Positions 20,972 to 31,540 of a stretch of 64,000 bases of DNA are shown one piece after another. Source of the DNA: Candidatus Krumholzibacteriia bacterium (lineage in GTDB: Bacteria > Krumholzibacteriota > Krumholzibacteriia > LZORAL124-64-63). The notes under the pieces are model-generated. The model worked only from the letters and a program-made list of their open reading frames with translations. It ran no database searches and was not told where the DNA came from. Made by a program: the position numbers and the translations under genes. The stretch covers positions 96,001-160,000 of the forward strand of contig JBFXKG010000006.1 in NCBI GenBank assembly GCA_050174015.1, written 5' to 3'. Position 1 is the first letter of the stretch. Every line of letters starts with the position of its first letter.

Positions 20972-23305
20972 TCAGCGAATGACCACCAGCCGTCCCCAGT
21001 AGGGCTCCTGCTGGGGCATCTCGACCCTGTAGAGGTAGACGCCGGGTGCGACCGACTCCCCGTCCCGGTTGTCGGTCTGCCAGTACATCTGCCCCTCCTC
21101 CTGCAGTTCCGGTCCCAGATCGATGACGTCGTCCCCGGCGGTGGTGAAGATCCGGATCCGGGAGCCGACGGGCAGGTTGGTGAACACCACGGTCCGTCCC
21201 TCGCCCCCCGGGATTCCCGCCCCCGGCCTGAGGGGGTTGGGGAACACGTAGATCTCCTCCCCGCCCACCGCGGGAGCCGCGGCCAGGTTGACCTGGACGA
21301 AGCTCTGGTTGCCCCACCCGGCGAACGGGGACAACTCGTCGCCCGGCCACCGCGGGGAGAACAGCATCTCGTTGGTGTTGTTCTGCGGCGTGGTCAGCGC
21401 GGTGTTCCCGTAATCGAAACTCGTCACCGAGTAGTAGTAGGAGAAGCCGTTGTAGACCTCGTCGTCGAAGTACCTGATCGTATCGGGCGTTTCGAAATTG
21501 AAGCAGGCGGCCCGCTTGGCGGCGAAGCACTGGGGAATGACCTCGTAGTTGCGGTCGCCGCAATAGCCTTCGATGCAATCCTCGGGGTTCACCCGGTCGA
21601 ACAGGCCGACCAGCACCGGATTCTCCCGGTCGTCGGCCGACGCGCGCCACACCGCCCAGCCCTGGAAGGTCTGGCCGACGAGCCTGAACTCGTCCTGGGG
21701 AAGGATGACCCCCTCGCCGAAGGTGATGTCCAGGCCGAGATCCAGGCTGCGGAGATCGGTCGAGGTGCCCGAGTCATAGGTGTCCGAAAGGGCCAGGGGG
21801 GTGCCGGGGGCGTAGATCCCGCCGCCATGGGTCCCCACCACCAGGTCGCCGCTCCCGTCGGGGGCCAGCAGCATCTGGTAGGCCTTGTTCAGCAGGAGCT
21901 GAGAGGAGAACATGGACCAGGTCAGGCCCCCGTCGGCGCTCACGAGCAGGCCGTGACCGTCCTCGAGCGCGTAGATCCTCCCGGGAACGGTGGGATCGGC
22001 CAGGAGCTTCATGCGGGTCAGGAGCGCCAGGTTCACAGGCTGCACGTCCACGCCCGTGGGAACCCAGGTGTCCCCGCCGTCGGCGGTCACGTACAGGCCC
22101 TTCTGCTCGATGGCCTGGACGATCCTCTGAGGATCCGAGGGATCGACCACCGCCGACACGGAACTGTTGACCCAGGCCGCGGGGCTTCCGGCCACGGGCA
22201 CGACGAGATCGCCGTACAGGTCGTGCCAGGTCCCGCCGCCGTCGAGGGACTCGAAGACGCCGTGGAAGAGCAGGGTGGCGAGGATCCTTTCCGGATTGTT
22301 GGGATCGCCGGAGAAGCTGGTGATGGTCGGCAGGACGATCATCGATTCGGCGACGTCCAGGGTTTCCCGGACCGTGATGTCCAGGCGCGAGAAGGTCAGG
22401 CCGTCGTCATCGGAGACGAACAGGCCGTAATTGCTCAGGAAGACGAGGAGCCTGTCCCCCACCCAGGACACCGCCCGGACGGTGAAGGTCGTCGGCATGG
22501 TGTCGAAGGGATCGCCGAACTGGGTGGTCCACTGGGTGAAGGTCTGTCCTCCGTCGCGGGTCACGAACAGGCCGGACCGGGTGGTCCCGACCACGAACCG
22601 GTCCGCGCCCGAGGGGGAGATCTTCACGTGGTTGATGAGGGTGCCGGATCCGAAGATTTCGGGGGCGAGCCTGGTCCAGGCCCCGTCCCGGTAACGGTAA
22701 AGGCCCGCGGGTTCGGTGTCGAGGGCCTGGCCCCGGGTCAGGCCCGCCACGCGGCACCCGTCGGCGCACTGGTCCATGGCCACCACGTTGACCTGCTTCC
22801 AGGACATGGGCAGCCCTGCATTCTCCTGGGCCCAGGTTCCGGCGGCCGTGTCGTGTCGCCAGAACCCGCCGTTGTTGGCCAGGTTCAACTGGCCTGAGAG
22901 GCTGCCGTAGGTCGCGGGACCCTCATGCCGCCAGTTGACGGTCAGGGATCGTGCCTGGGCGCCGCCCACGGACCCGGAATCGGTGGTGGAGAACCGGAAG
23001 ACCCGGTCGACCCGGTCCCCGAACCCCCCGGAGACATCCACGGGGAAGTGAAGGCCGGCGGTATCGCTCAGGCTGAAACAGGTCGCCTGGCCCAGGTCGA
23101 GGTCGGGCCAGCTCACGACCATCCCCAGCCGGCCTTCGGTCTGCAGATGGAGGTCGAGGGCTTCGGGGGAGATGAGATAGAGGGAATCGGCCGCACAGGC
23201 GGCATCCGGGGTCTGGGCCCCCGCGAATCCCGCGGGAACCAGAAGGGCGGCCGCGGCCAGCAATACCATGCAGGATCGCATCGTCATGGCGCTCCCAGTC
23301 TTCAT
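20972..23305 (-). CDS. Secreted Asp-box (BNR) beta-propeller protein with FN3-like domain and T9SS-type C-terminal domain
   Basis: Signal peptide; five S/T-x-D-G/D-G-x-T-F/W repeats; YNGFSYYYSVTSFD; IYVFPNP...APGVYLY...RLVVIR. Confidence 0.85.
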   Translation of the reverse strand: MKTGSAMTMRSCMVLLAAAALLVPAGFAGAQTPDAACAADSLYLISPEALDLHLQTEGRLGMVVSWPDLDLGQATCFSLSDTAGLHFPVDVSGGFGDRVDRVFRFSTTDSGSVGGAQARSLTVNWRHEGPATYGSLSGQLNLANNGGFWRHDTAAGTWAQENAGLPMSWKQVNVVAMDQCADGCRVAGLTRGQALDTEPAGLYRYRDGAWTRLAPEIFGSGTLINHVKISPSGADRFVVGTTRSGLFVTRDGGQTFTQWTTQFGDPFDTMPTTFTVRAVSWVGDRLLVFLSNYGLFVSDDDGLTFSRLDITVRETLDVAESMIVLPTITSFSGDPNNPERILATLLFHGVFESLDGGGTWHDLYGDLVVPVAGSPAAWVNSSVSAVVDPSDPQRIVQAIEQKGLYVTADGGDTWVPTGVDVQPVNLALLTRMKLLADPTVPGRIYALEDGHGLLVSADGGLTWSMFSSQLLLNKAYQMLLAPDGSGDLVVGTHGGGIYAPGTPLALSDTYDSGTSTDLRSLDLGLDITFGEGVILPQDEFRLVGQTFQGWAVWRASADDRENPVLVGLFDRVNPEDCIEGYCGDRNYEVIPQCFAAKRAACFNFETPDTIRYFDDEVYNGFSYYYSVTSFDYGNTALTTPQNNTNEMLFSPRWPGDELSPFAGWGNQSFVQVNLAAAPAVGGEEIYVFPNPLRPGAGIPGGEGRTVVFTNLPVGSRIRIFTTAGDDVIDLGPELQEEGQMYWQTDNRDGESVAPGVYLYRVEMPQQEPYWGRLVVIR

Positions 23306-23373
23306 TCACTCCTGCCTTTCCGTTACCTGGCGCCGCCGCTGCGGCGTGGCATCCCCGCCGGGATGCAGAGGAC

Positions 23374-25842
23374 TTACTGATTGATGGACAGGCCGAAATA
23401 CTGCAAAACCCAGCGGATGGCCTTCTTGGTCCCTTCGGCGTCGAAGCGGTAGGGATCGAAGCCCCAGTAGACGTCGGCCTTCTTGCTCGGCTTGTCCTGG
23501 ACCATCTTGTAGGAGAAGTAACCGAAAACCTTGCCGTTGGTCTTGGCGCTGCCGCGGGACAGATCGCCGTAGCTGGTGAGGGCCTGGGTCCCGCAGATCT
23601 CCTCGAGCGTGAAGGCGTCGTAGGCGCTGTCCGGCCATTCGGGGTCGCCCCGGCGCTTGTTGTACTCCCGCAACCAGTCGAAGCGGGCGATGCCCCGGAA
23701 CATGGGCTCGATGCACAGGCCGCCGGGGGCATCGGTCGCATCGCACTCCTGGGCGATCATGGGCTGGGGACGATTCGCGAGGTTGGCGTCCACGAACTCG
23801 TCGTTCCGGAACGGGAAGCTCTGGGTCGGCAGGTTCAGGGTGTCGGCGTTGGCCGAGACCACGTCCTGCCAGTCGATCTCCGGATTGGTGTACATCGTGT
23901 CCGGGATGACCCCGGGGCCGATGCCCTGGTGCGACTTGAAGTCAGGGTCGAGGACGAGGCCCTTCAGCCCGGCGCAGGCCACGTTGCGGTCATCCTTCGC
24001 CGTCGAGATGCGCCCGTAGATGAACTTCCCCTGGGGGGAGGTCCAGTCCAGGGAGGCGATGCCGACCGTGGCGTACGGGTACATCAGGGGGCCGCGCTGG
24101 ACCACCGTCTCGTCGGGCAGGGTCCGGGTGCCGAAGCCGGCGATGAATTCCTGGTTGCCGATGAACAGGCGGGGTTCGCGGGCGTCGAAGATGATGGGAA
24201 GGGCGTAATTGCTGGCGGGGGCAAGGAAGGATTCCATGCTGCCGCCGCCGATCAGGAAGAAGTTGCCGCCGCGTTCCTGGTAGGGCCCCAGCCAGTTGAA
24301 CTGGTCGCTGCCGTTGTCGTTGGGCCGGAACTGGTCCATCATCAGCTGGGCGTCGTTGTACTGGGCGTAGCAGAGGACCGCACTGTACTTGACCAGGTCG
24401 GCGTACTTGGGGATCCGGGTGTGGTCCATCCAGTCCCGCTCCCAGTTCAGGTCGGCGACCCCGCCGGATCCGTCACCCAGGAAACGCCAGTAGGCGTTGC
24501 GGTAGGCCTCGTCGTTGCGGGGGTTGCCGCTCTGGTCGGGCCAGTTCTGCACCCGGTTGTCCACCACCTGGTCGATGATCAGCAGGGGCAGCTGGAACTG
24601 GGGATCGACGTACGGGATGACGGTGACGTTGCGTTTGAGAAGCATGACCTGCTGGGAATCGTCCTCGACCCTCAGCCAGAACGTGTGCAACCCCTGGGGA
24701 TAACGCCTCTCGGCGTCGAACTTGTTCTGGGCCGAGAGCCCCGGGGGGACCGCCCAGCCCGGGTCGGCGGGATCGTCTGGTCTGGTCAGATCCCAGCCGT
24801 GCCGGAACGAGACGACCTCGCCGTTGTAGGAGGTGGCCGACGCGGTCCAGCTGAAGTTGATGGGCTGGTTGGCGGCGACCTCGTAATCGGCCGTGTTCAT
24901 GACGCTGGAACCCAGGAAGGGTTCGCCGAGGTCCACCAGGGGCCGGTAGAAGCCGTCCTTGATCAGGACGTGCCCCACCTCGATCTGGTAACCGAAGCCG
25001 ACGCTGACGGCGCCGGCGGTGTCCTGCACCTGGACAGCGAAAAGGTAGTAGTCCCCCGGGGTCTGCTGCGGGAAAGCCACCTTCCGGTCTTCCTCGAGGG
25101 GCTTGTACCTGATCCAGGAGGACCAGTCCGGGTCGTCGAAGTTCAGGACCTGGTCGTACCAGCGGTTGTAGGCGTAACGCGTGCTGATGGGGGCCCCGGT
25201 CGGATCGAGGGCCTTCTTCCAGAGGAACCGCACCTTGGTGGGGATGCGCAGGTCGAAGTCGGAATCGATGCCCGACCAGCCGATGTTCACCGTCGGGGGC
25301 ACGATCTTCGGCCCCTGGGCGTTGAGCTGCGGGAAGACGGCGCGGCACGTGGGCACGATGGTGGTGGAGGTGAACGAGATGTAGGCCGGCGTGGGATCCT
25401 TGGCGCCCTTGTCGTCCACCGCCCGGATGAAGAGGCTGTGCGACCGGAAGCTGCGGGGATCGCCCGCGGGATCCCCGGGGAAGTCTTCCTGGTCGGCCAG
25501 GACGAAGAACGTGGAGTCGTTCCCGGCGGTGAACCGCCAGGGGTTCAGGATCGCCCCGGTCAGGGGATCCTGGGTCAGCGTGTCCCTCGGGCTGATCCCG
25601 TCGAGCCCGTTGTCGCTGATCTTCCACTCGTAGCCCACGATCTTGCCGTCGGGATCGGACCCGGTCCAGTTGAATTCCACGGCGAAACCGGCCTCCAGCA
25701 ACGTGGGCGGCTGGCCCGTGATGCGGGTGTCCGGACGGGCGTTGGGAATCCGCACCCCCCCCAACTCGGTATCCGTCGAGCAGGCCGCAAGGCCGAGGAT
25801 CAGTCCCCCGGCAACGATCATGGTCAAGGCACGCTTGAGCAT
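23374..25842 (-). CDS. Large hypothetical lipoprotein (tandem Ig/Y_Y_Y-like modules plus alpha/beta C-terminal domain)
   Basis: Lipobox LAAC; NARPDTRI, WTGSDPDG, RAVDDKGAKDPTPA. Confidence 0.8.
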   Translation of the reverse strand: MLKRALTMIVAGGLILGLAACSTDTELGGVRIPNARPDTRITGQPPTLLEAGFAVEFNWTGSDPDGKIVGYEWKISDNGLDGISPRDTLTQDPLTGAILNPWRFTAGNDSTFFVLADQEDFPGDPAGDPRSFRSHSLFIRAVDDKGAKDPTPAYISFTSTTIVPTCRAVFPQLNAQGPKIVPPTVNIGWSGIDSDFDLRIPTKVRFLWKKALDPTGAPISTRYAYNRWYDQVLNFDDPDWSSWIRYKPLEEDRKVAFPQQTPGDYYLFAVQVQDTAGAVSVGFGYQIEVGHVLIKDGFYRPLVDLGEPFLGSSVMNTADYEVAANQPINFSWTASATSYNGEVVSFRHGWDLTRPDDPADPGWAVPPGLSAQNKFDAERRYPQGLHTFWLRVEDDSQQVMLLKRNVTVIPYVDPQFQLPLLIIDQVVDNRVQNWPDQSGNPRNDEAYRNAYWRFLGDGSGGVADLNWERDWMDHTRIPKYADLVKYSAVLCYAQYNDAQLMMDQFRPNDNGSDQFNWLGPYQERGGNFFLIGGGSMESFLAPASNYALPIIFDAREPRLFIGNQEFIAGFGTRTLPDETVVQRGPLMYPYATVGIASLDWTSPQGKFIYGRISTAKDDRNVACAGLKGLVLDPDFKSHQGIGPGVIPDTMYTNPEIDWQDVVSANADTLNLPTQSFPFRNDEFVDANLANRPQPMIAQECDATDAPGGLCIEPMFRGIARFDWLREYNKRRGDPEWPDSAYDAFTLEEICGTQALTSYGDLSRGSAKTNGKVFGYFSYKMVQDKPSKKADVYWGFDPYRFDAEGTKKAIRWVLQYFGLSINQ

Positions 25843-25869
25843 TGAGAGTCTCCTCGGTCCGCTGGTCGC

Positions 25870-28200
25870 CTAGAACTCACCCGCATTCACGCATTCGAAG
25901 TCCCCTTCGGGCGTTTTCACGATGATCCGGAAGCGCTTGGTCACCGGATCGCCGTCCAGACTGGCCATGGCCCCCTGCGAAAGGGTCAGGCCCTGCTGGA
26001 TATCCGGGATGGAGAGGTTGAGGGTACAGTCCCGCCACGTCTGGCCGCCGAGGAGTTCGGCCACCGATGGCCGCACCTGGCGGAAAAGGTTGTACTGCGC
26101 AGGCCGGGTGGGCACGAAGCCGCACGCCGTCTGATCCAGGGCGACGGCCTGGATCGTTCCCGAACCGCTCTGCCGGATGCTCTTCTCGAAAAGGCTCTGG
26201 GCGAGTTCGGAGTCGTTCCCCGCGATCTGGAACTGCAGGTAGTTGTTGAGGTAGAACGTGGGCCCGACCTGGATCAGGGACGCCGGCACCGCGACGTCCA
26301 CGGCGATCTTCCAGATCCCGGTGGCGGAGTTGATGGTCACGCCCGTGTTGGAACCCCCGGTTCCCCAGGTGGGCTCGTTGAGGTCGTCGTTTCCTCCCCC
26401 GTCCTTGATCTGGTTGAAGGGGTCGCAACCGTAATCGACCTGGTACTTCCAGGCCATCATGCGGTTCAGCGGCTGGCTCCAGCGCTCCCGGGCGTCGTCC
26501 TGTCCGTGCAGCAGGACCTGCATCCGGTACAGCCGGGCCTCGATCTTGTAGTTGGCCGCCCCCTGACCGGCCGTGTCGGTCACCGTCTGGGTGAAGCCGG
26601 AGGCCTTGTCGACCAGGATGAAGGCCGGCCCGACGAATTCGAGGTCGTTGGGCCCGATCCCCTGGGTGGTGACGTTGAAGACCGTTTCGCCGTCGAAGCA
26701 CTCATGGCTGCCCAGGTTGTCGTAGCACTCCACGTCGGACCCGAACTGGGAAGTGCTGAAGGACTTGGGCAGGATCTCCAGGCACTGGACGCAGGGCGGG
26801 AACCCGACGTCGAAGGATAGGGTGGCCGGCGAGCCGTCCCGGCGGCCATGCTCGTCCAGGGCCTGCATGGCGATGGTGAATTCGGTGTTGGGCGCGGTCA
26901 GGAAGCCCAGGGTGTCGGCGTACCAGCCGTTCTCGGTGGCGGCGGGCCACGTGGGCTGGTAGTTCACCTCGCTGGTCTCGGAGAAGAAGCTGAATTCCCC
27001 GCCGAAGAAGTTCTGGCGGATACCCTGGAGAAAGCCGGTGAACGCGATTCCGAAGTCGGGATCCAGCTTGCCGTCCCGGGGATCGTCCCGGGCGAGGGCC
27101 TTGACCACGACGTAGGTGCGGTCCGGGATCCGTTCGTTCGGCAGGAAGTGATGCCGCTCCTGGGCCGGGTCATTGAGCCGGATGTAATACGGATATTCCT
27201 GGGAATCTTCGGGGTGCTCGGGATCGAGCCCCACCACCATCCTGGTCTCCGGGTCGTAGTTGACCACGAAGCTGAACGGCCGCATGAAATTGGCCACCTC
27301 GACGCCCGCGACGTCCAGCGAGTTGACCTCCAGACCGACGGCGCCGCTGGGCAGGAGCTTCTGGAAGGGATTGGACCCCGACCCGTTGTTCAGGAAGAGC
27401 AGGTTGTTCCGGGGCCCGAAGTAGGAGAAGCTGTCGCCGGACGCCTCGTTGAACTTCCGGGGCGACCAGCAGTCGGTCAGGGAGGGGACGCAGTTCCCTC
27501 CCAGCTCGCCGATGATGCGCCACTTGTAGCCGTACAGCCCCTCGAACGGAGGAACGGTGTCCACCAGGGCCAGGGCCGCCGGATCGTACCCGCGAACGTT
27601 GGGAGAGCTGCCCGACCAGTAGACGTGGTAGGGCAAACCGAAACCCACGGTGTCGGACTGGCCGGAGGCGATGGGGATGGTGTCGGGCCCGTCGATCCTG
27701 AAGAACCGGATGACGGGATTGCCCAGGGTGTTGCTGAAGAAGTACAGGCGGGCGGGAGTCCGGTCGAAATCGCCGAAGTCGTCCACCGCCACCATGTGCA
27801 GGGTCATGTCGTACGAGGGATTGACGCCCTGGTTGATGGCGAAGTTGAACACCGAATCGGTCCTGGTGGTCCAGTGCCCGATCTCCAGGGTGCTGGCGTC
27901 GAGGGCGGGATTGAACCTGACGTCCTCCTCGTCGTCGGTGGTGTCCTCGTCCTGGACCGTGGTGTCCGTCAGGGCCCAGACGAACCTCTCGACCCGGCCG
28001 TCCTCGTCCGACCCGTACCAGAAGACGTGGAAGTGGTAGTACCCTCCGCCCTCCTCGACCGGGGCGCCGATGATGTAGGTTTCGGGGGCCTTGTTCACGA
28101 TGACGGCTTCGGGTTCGAAGGCCCGGCAACCAGTCAGCACCAGAGCGAACAGGGCCATCGCAGCCAACAGCCCCAATCCGGAATTTCGCGTCATCCTCAT
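25870..28200 (-). CDS. Large hypothetical lipoprotein sharing its N-terminal module with the downstream gene
   Basis: Lipobox LTGC; NKAPETYI, WYGSDEDG, VAVDDFGDFDRTPA; start MRMTRN at 28200. Confidence 0.8.
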   Translation of the reverse strand: MRMTRNSGLGLLAAMALFALVLTGCRAFEPEAVIVNKAPETYIIGAPVEEGGGYYHFHVFWYGSDEDGRVERFVWALTDTTVQDEDTTDDEEDVRFNPALDASTLEIGHWTTRTDSVFNFAINQGVNPSYDMTLHMVAVDDFGDFDRTPARLYFFSNTLGNPVIRFFRIDGPDTIPIASGQSDTVGFGLPYHVYWSGSSPNVRGYDPAALALVDTVPPFEGLYGYKWRIIGELGGNCVPSLTDCWSPRKFNEASGDSFSYFGPRNNLLFLNNGSGSNPFQKLLPSGAVGLEVNSLDVAGVEVANFMRPFSFVVNYDPETRMVVGLDPEHPEDSQEYPYYIRLNDPAQERHHFLPNERIPDRTYVVVKALARDDPRDGKLDPDFGIAFTGFLQGIRQNFFGGEFSFFSETSEVNYQPTWPAATENGWYADTLGFLTAPNTEFTIAMQALDEHGRRDGSPATLSFDVGFPPCVQCLEILPKSFSTSQFGSDVECYDNLGSHECFDGETVFNVTTQGIGPNDLEFVGPAFILVDKASGFTQTVTDTAGQGAANYKIEARLYRMQVLLHGQDDARERWSQPLNRMMAWKYQVDYGCDPFNQIKDGGGNDDLNEPTWGTGGSNTGVTINSATGIWKIAVDVAVPASLIQVGPTFYLNNYLQFQIAGNDSELAQSLFEKSIRQSGSGTIQAVALDQTACGFVPTRPAQYNLFRQVRPSVAELLGGQTWRDCTLNLSIPDIQQGLTLSQGAMASLDGDPVTKRFRIIVKTPEGDFECVNAGEF

Positions 28201-28335
28201 ACTGGTTTGCGTCCTCCGGGAAGCACAAGCGGTACAACGTGTTTCAACAAGGTCGCCGAGGTGGGTCGGGCGACGGGAAACCCTGCAGCTCTGGGAGTGC
28301 GGGTCCGTGGAGATCATCGATTTTTCAGCTTCTGA

Positions 28336-28365
28336 AATATAGGGATTGGCCTTACCCGGTGTCAA
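28336..28365 (-). promoter_or_regulatory. Putative sigma70 promoter TTGACA-N18-TATATT
   Basis: Consensus -35 and near-consensus -10, between a terminator and the lipoprotein operon. Confidence 0.6.
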
Positions 28366-28431
28366 CCAGAAGGTTCCCTTCATCCGATCCCATCCCGGGA
28401 AAATCACGTCGGATCCGGCATCCCGACCACG

Positions 28432-28464
28432 AAAAGGAGCGGTCCCCCGAGGGGGACCGCTCCC
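28432..28464 (-). terminator. Intrinsic terminator of the 1014-aa secreted protein gene
   Basis: GGAGCGGTCCCC-loop-GGGGACCGCTCC followed by TTTT on the minus strand. Confidence 0.8.
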
Positions 28465-28495
28465 GTCAAGCTTCCGCTGAAGGAATCCCGAAGGA

Positions 28496-31400
28496 CTACT
28501 TCACCAGAGCCATCTTCTGGACCTGCACTTCGTCGCCGTAACGGGCTTCGTAGAAGTACACGCCCGAGGAGACCGAGGAGCCGAGGTCGCTGGTGCCGTC
28601 CCACATGACGTGGTCGGTGCCGGCGGCGCGGACTTCATCGATCAGGGTCCGGACCAGTTCACCGCGGACGTTGTAGATCTTCAGAGTCAGATGACCGGCC
28701 TTGGGCATCGTGAACTCGATCTTCGTGGTCGGGTTGAACGGGTTCGGGTAGTTCTTCGACGAGAACGCCAAGGCGTCGGGCACCTCGGAGACGTCGCCGG
28801 GGTTGGAGTCGATGCCGAAGTGGCTCAGCACGTCCTTCAGCACCTGCGCACGAGCCGACAGCGGGGCGGGAGCCTTCGCGCCGGGATCGTTGTAGATGAA
28901 CATGAAGTCGTAGGGCGTGCTGACGATGCGGCTGGTGCCCACCGTCTGCTTGGTGGCGGCGCTGAAGGTGTAGGCGCCGGCCAGGCCGTTGGGATCCAGG
29001 AACTCAGCCAGACGGACGCCGCCGCCGGTGGGAGTCACGGCATCGAACGTGTTGATGCCGAGGCAGCCGCCGTAGGCGACCCAGGTGCTGATGTTGGTGA
29101 TGACGCCGTTGCCGGCGATGGCCTTGACGGTCGGAGTCGCCTGGCCGCCGATCAGCGGGCGGACGTCGTTGCTGAACACCGACAGACCCATGTAGCTCTG
29201 CAGGAAGTTCAGGGTGGCGGTGCCGGCCTGGGCCAGGTCGCTGGCGAGGTCGTCGCCGGTGAGGAACATGTCCTTGCCGCCGAGGTCCACCCACTGGGTC
29301 AGCAGACCGACGTCGTCGCCGGCGTCGTTGTCGAAGTCGCCGTTGGCGATGGTGTTCACACCGAGGTCGCCGGCGGTGTAGACGATGTCGCCGTAACCGC
29401 TGATGGTCCCGATGGCGGCGCGGCCGCCGATACCGTTACCGACACCCGAGCTGGGCCCGTTGGTGTAGTAGATATCGTAGTCGCGGCCCTCGAGCAGGCC
29501 GATGTTGTCGAACGCGCCGTACCACTCGGCCTCGCCGCCACGGTTGGCGAAGTCGTTGAGGAACAGCAGGCCCGGCTGCTTGTAGCCGCCGAAGCCGTCG
29601 CTCTCCAGGGTGGGCAGGGCATGGACGACGTAGGACGTGTTGTAGGCCAGCGGGTGGCTGAAGTCGCCGTAGCCGGTCAGGTCAGCAGGACTCGTGGCGG
29701 CCTTGATGTCGCCGGAGACGTCGTCGAAGGCCTCGATGTAGTAGTGGATCACGTCGCCGGGGAAGAAGAAGCCGGTGTCCGGCAGGTCGAAGGCCCAGGC
29801 GTCGGGATCGGGGATGCCGCTGGCGCCGACCGCGGGGGTGCCCAGGGACGTGCCGCTGGTGGCCGTGCCGTAGACGCTGGTGCGGTAGGGGTTGAACAGC
29901 GGGTTCTGATCCATGGTCCAGTGCAGGGTCGGAGTGCCCGACAGCACCGAGCCGGAGCGGGCGGGCACCACGTCGAAGACGATGGTGTCGCCGGGATCGT
30001 TGCGCAGGTGAGCGGCCAGCGAGATGTTGTTGGCCATGTCGAAGCGCACGCTGTGGGCGCCGAGGTTGCCGGTGTCGATGACGCCGATCTCGGGGAAGTT
30101 GTCCTGGGCGATGTCCAGCTCACGCGTGACGATGGACGGTCCGTTGACCGGGAAGACCTTCACGTTGAAGTTGTCGAAGTAGGGAGCGGGGTAACCGTCG
30201 TCCCCGTCCCAGCCCCAGGCGTAGCCCAGCTCGTAGGCCGTGACCTGCAGCTGGATCTCGTCGCGGCCGGCATCCATGAGGTCGGTCACGTTGTTGATGA
30301 CCCGCAGGTAGTCCGGGCCGCCGTAGTACACGAAGTTCCGGTCCAGCCAGGGCTGGTCGGTGATGACCGTCGCGCCGTTGCCCGAGGAGTTGTCGGTATC
30401 GGCCGAGCGGACGCTCCAGGTGTAGAAGATACCGGGGGCGTCGGCGGTCAGGTCCTCGTGCCGGTAGGCGTTGAAGGCCGTGATGATGCCGTCGTAGGTG
30501 GCGTTGGGCCACGGCATGACGGGGGATTCCAGGGCATTGTACAGGTGCTCGTTCGGGCCGGCCAGACCACCGGTGGTGGTCACGATGAAGCCGGCGGGGC
30601 CGTAGCACCAGTTGATGCAGGTGGAACCGTTGGTGCCGGGAACGACCAGGCCGTTGTCGATGAAGGCGACCTGGTTGCTGTAGTTGGTGTTGCAGGGATC
30701 GACGTCCTCGAGACCGCACCAGATCTGGGCGTAGTCGCCAACGCCGTTGGGGAAGGTGACGGCCCAGTTGCCCCAGCCCTTGGCCTCGAAGTCGTCGAAG
30801 TAGGGGGTCGCGCCCACGGTCACCGTCACGTCGTCGACGTTGGCGGCGCCACGGGTCGGCCAGGAGCAGTCGCCGTCGGACCAGCCGCCGTCGGACTTGA
30901 AGCGGAACATGATCACGACTTCGTTGCCGTTCTCGTATTCCCCGGGCAGGTAGGTCACGCTGTTGTTGACGGCGGCCGTGCCGGTGCTGTCCCAGCTCTG
31001 CAGGTCGGCGTACGGAGCGTCGGCCATCTTGTAGCTCAGGTAGGTGTAGTCGTACCCGGGCTCGCTGTCGTAGAACAGGGTGGCCGTGATGGTCACCGTC
31101 GTGCTGACGGCGGGATTGGCCACGGTCTTGCGGAATTCCACGATGTCGTGCCAGGCGTTGCCGTAGCCCCAGGCGGAGTCGGCGGCCACGCAGGCGTCGA
31201 TGAAGTCACCGCACCACATGGAGTTACCACTGATGCCGGTGATGTCGTTGTTGATGGTCGAGACCGACCAGTGGGTGACGGTCGGCTGGGTGATGTCGTA
31301 GCTGGTCCAGCCGACGGGCAGGCCCTTCGAGGCGTCGCAAGCGGCGTTCTCGAAGTCGCCCTGGTAGGTGCCGCTGGGACCCATCACGTCGATGGTGTCG

Positions 31401-31540
31401 CCGGAGGCCTTGACGAAACTGCTGCCGCCGTAGAGCACGCTGTTGTGGCCGTCGGAGAGGGCAGGCAACTCGCCGGCCACACTGCTCAGGGCGAACACCA
31501 GCGTCATGGCGACACAAGCGAACATGGTGACTTTCTTCAT
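28496..31540 (-). CDS. Large secreted protein with FlgD-Ig/T9SS type A sorting domain; candidate major surface protein
   Basis: Signal peptide MKKVTMF; jelly-roll-like YDSEPGYD and FRFKSDGG motifs; NYPNPFNPTTKI...IYNVRGELVRTL...SSGVYFY...KMALVK. Confidence 0.88.
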   Translation of the reverse strand: MKKVTMFACVAMTLVFALSSVAGELPALSDGHNSVLYGGSSFVKASGDTIDVMGPSGTYQGDFENAACDASKGLPVGWTSYDITQPTVTHWSVSTINNDITGISGNSMWCGDFIDACVAADSAWGYGNAWHDIVEFRKTVANPAVSTTVTITATLFYDSEPGYDYTYLSYKMADAPYADLQSWDSTGTAAVNNSVTYLPGEYENGNEVVIMFRFKSDGGWSDGDCSWPTRGAANVDDVTVTVGATPYFDDFEAKGWGNWAVTFPNGVGDYAQIWCGLEDVDPCNTNYSNQVAFIDNGLVVPGTNGSTCINWCYGPAGFIVTTTGGLAGPNEHLYNALESPVMPWPNATYDGIITAFNAYRHEDLTADAPGIFYTWSVRSADTDNSSGNGATVITDQPWLDRNFVYYGGPDYLRVINNVTDLMDAGRDEIQLQVTAYELGYAWGWDGDDGYPAPYFDNFNVKVFPVNGPSIVTRELDIAQDNFPEIGVIDTGNLGAHSVRFDMANNISLAAHLRNDPGDTIVFDVVPARSGSVLSGTPTLHWTMDQNPLFNPYRTSVYGTATSGTSLGTPAVGASGIPDPDAWAFDLPDTGFFFPGDVIHYYIEAFDDVSGDIKAATSPADLTGYGDFSHPLAYNTSYVVHALPTLESDGFGGYKQPGLLFLNDFANRGGEAEWYGAFDNIGLLEGRDYDIYYTNGPSSGVGNGIGGRAAIGTISGYGDIVYTAGDLGVNTIANGDFDNDAGDDVGLLTQWVDLGGKDMFLTGDDLASDLAQAGTATLNFLQSYMGLSVFSNDVRPLIGGQATPTVKAIAGNGVITNISTWVAYGGCLGINTFDAVTPTGGGVRLAEFLDPNGLAGAYTFSAATKQTVGTSRIVSTPYDFMFIYNDPGAKAPAPLSARAQVLKDVLSHFGIDSNPGDVSEVPDALAFSSKNYPNPFNPTTKIEFTMPKAGHLTLKIYNVRGELVRTLIDEVRAAGTDHVMWDGTSDLGSSVSSGVYFYEARYGDEVQVQKMALVK

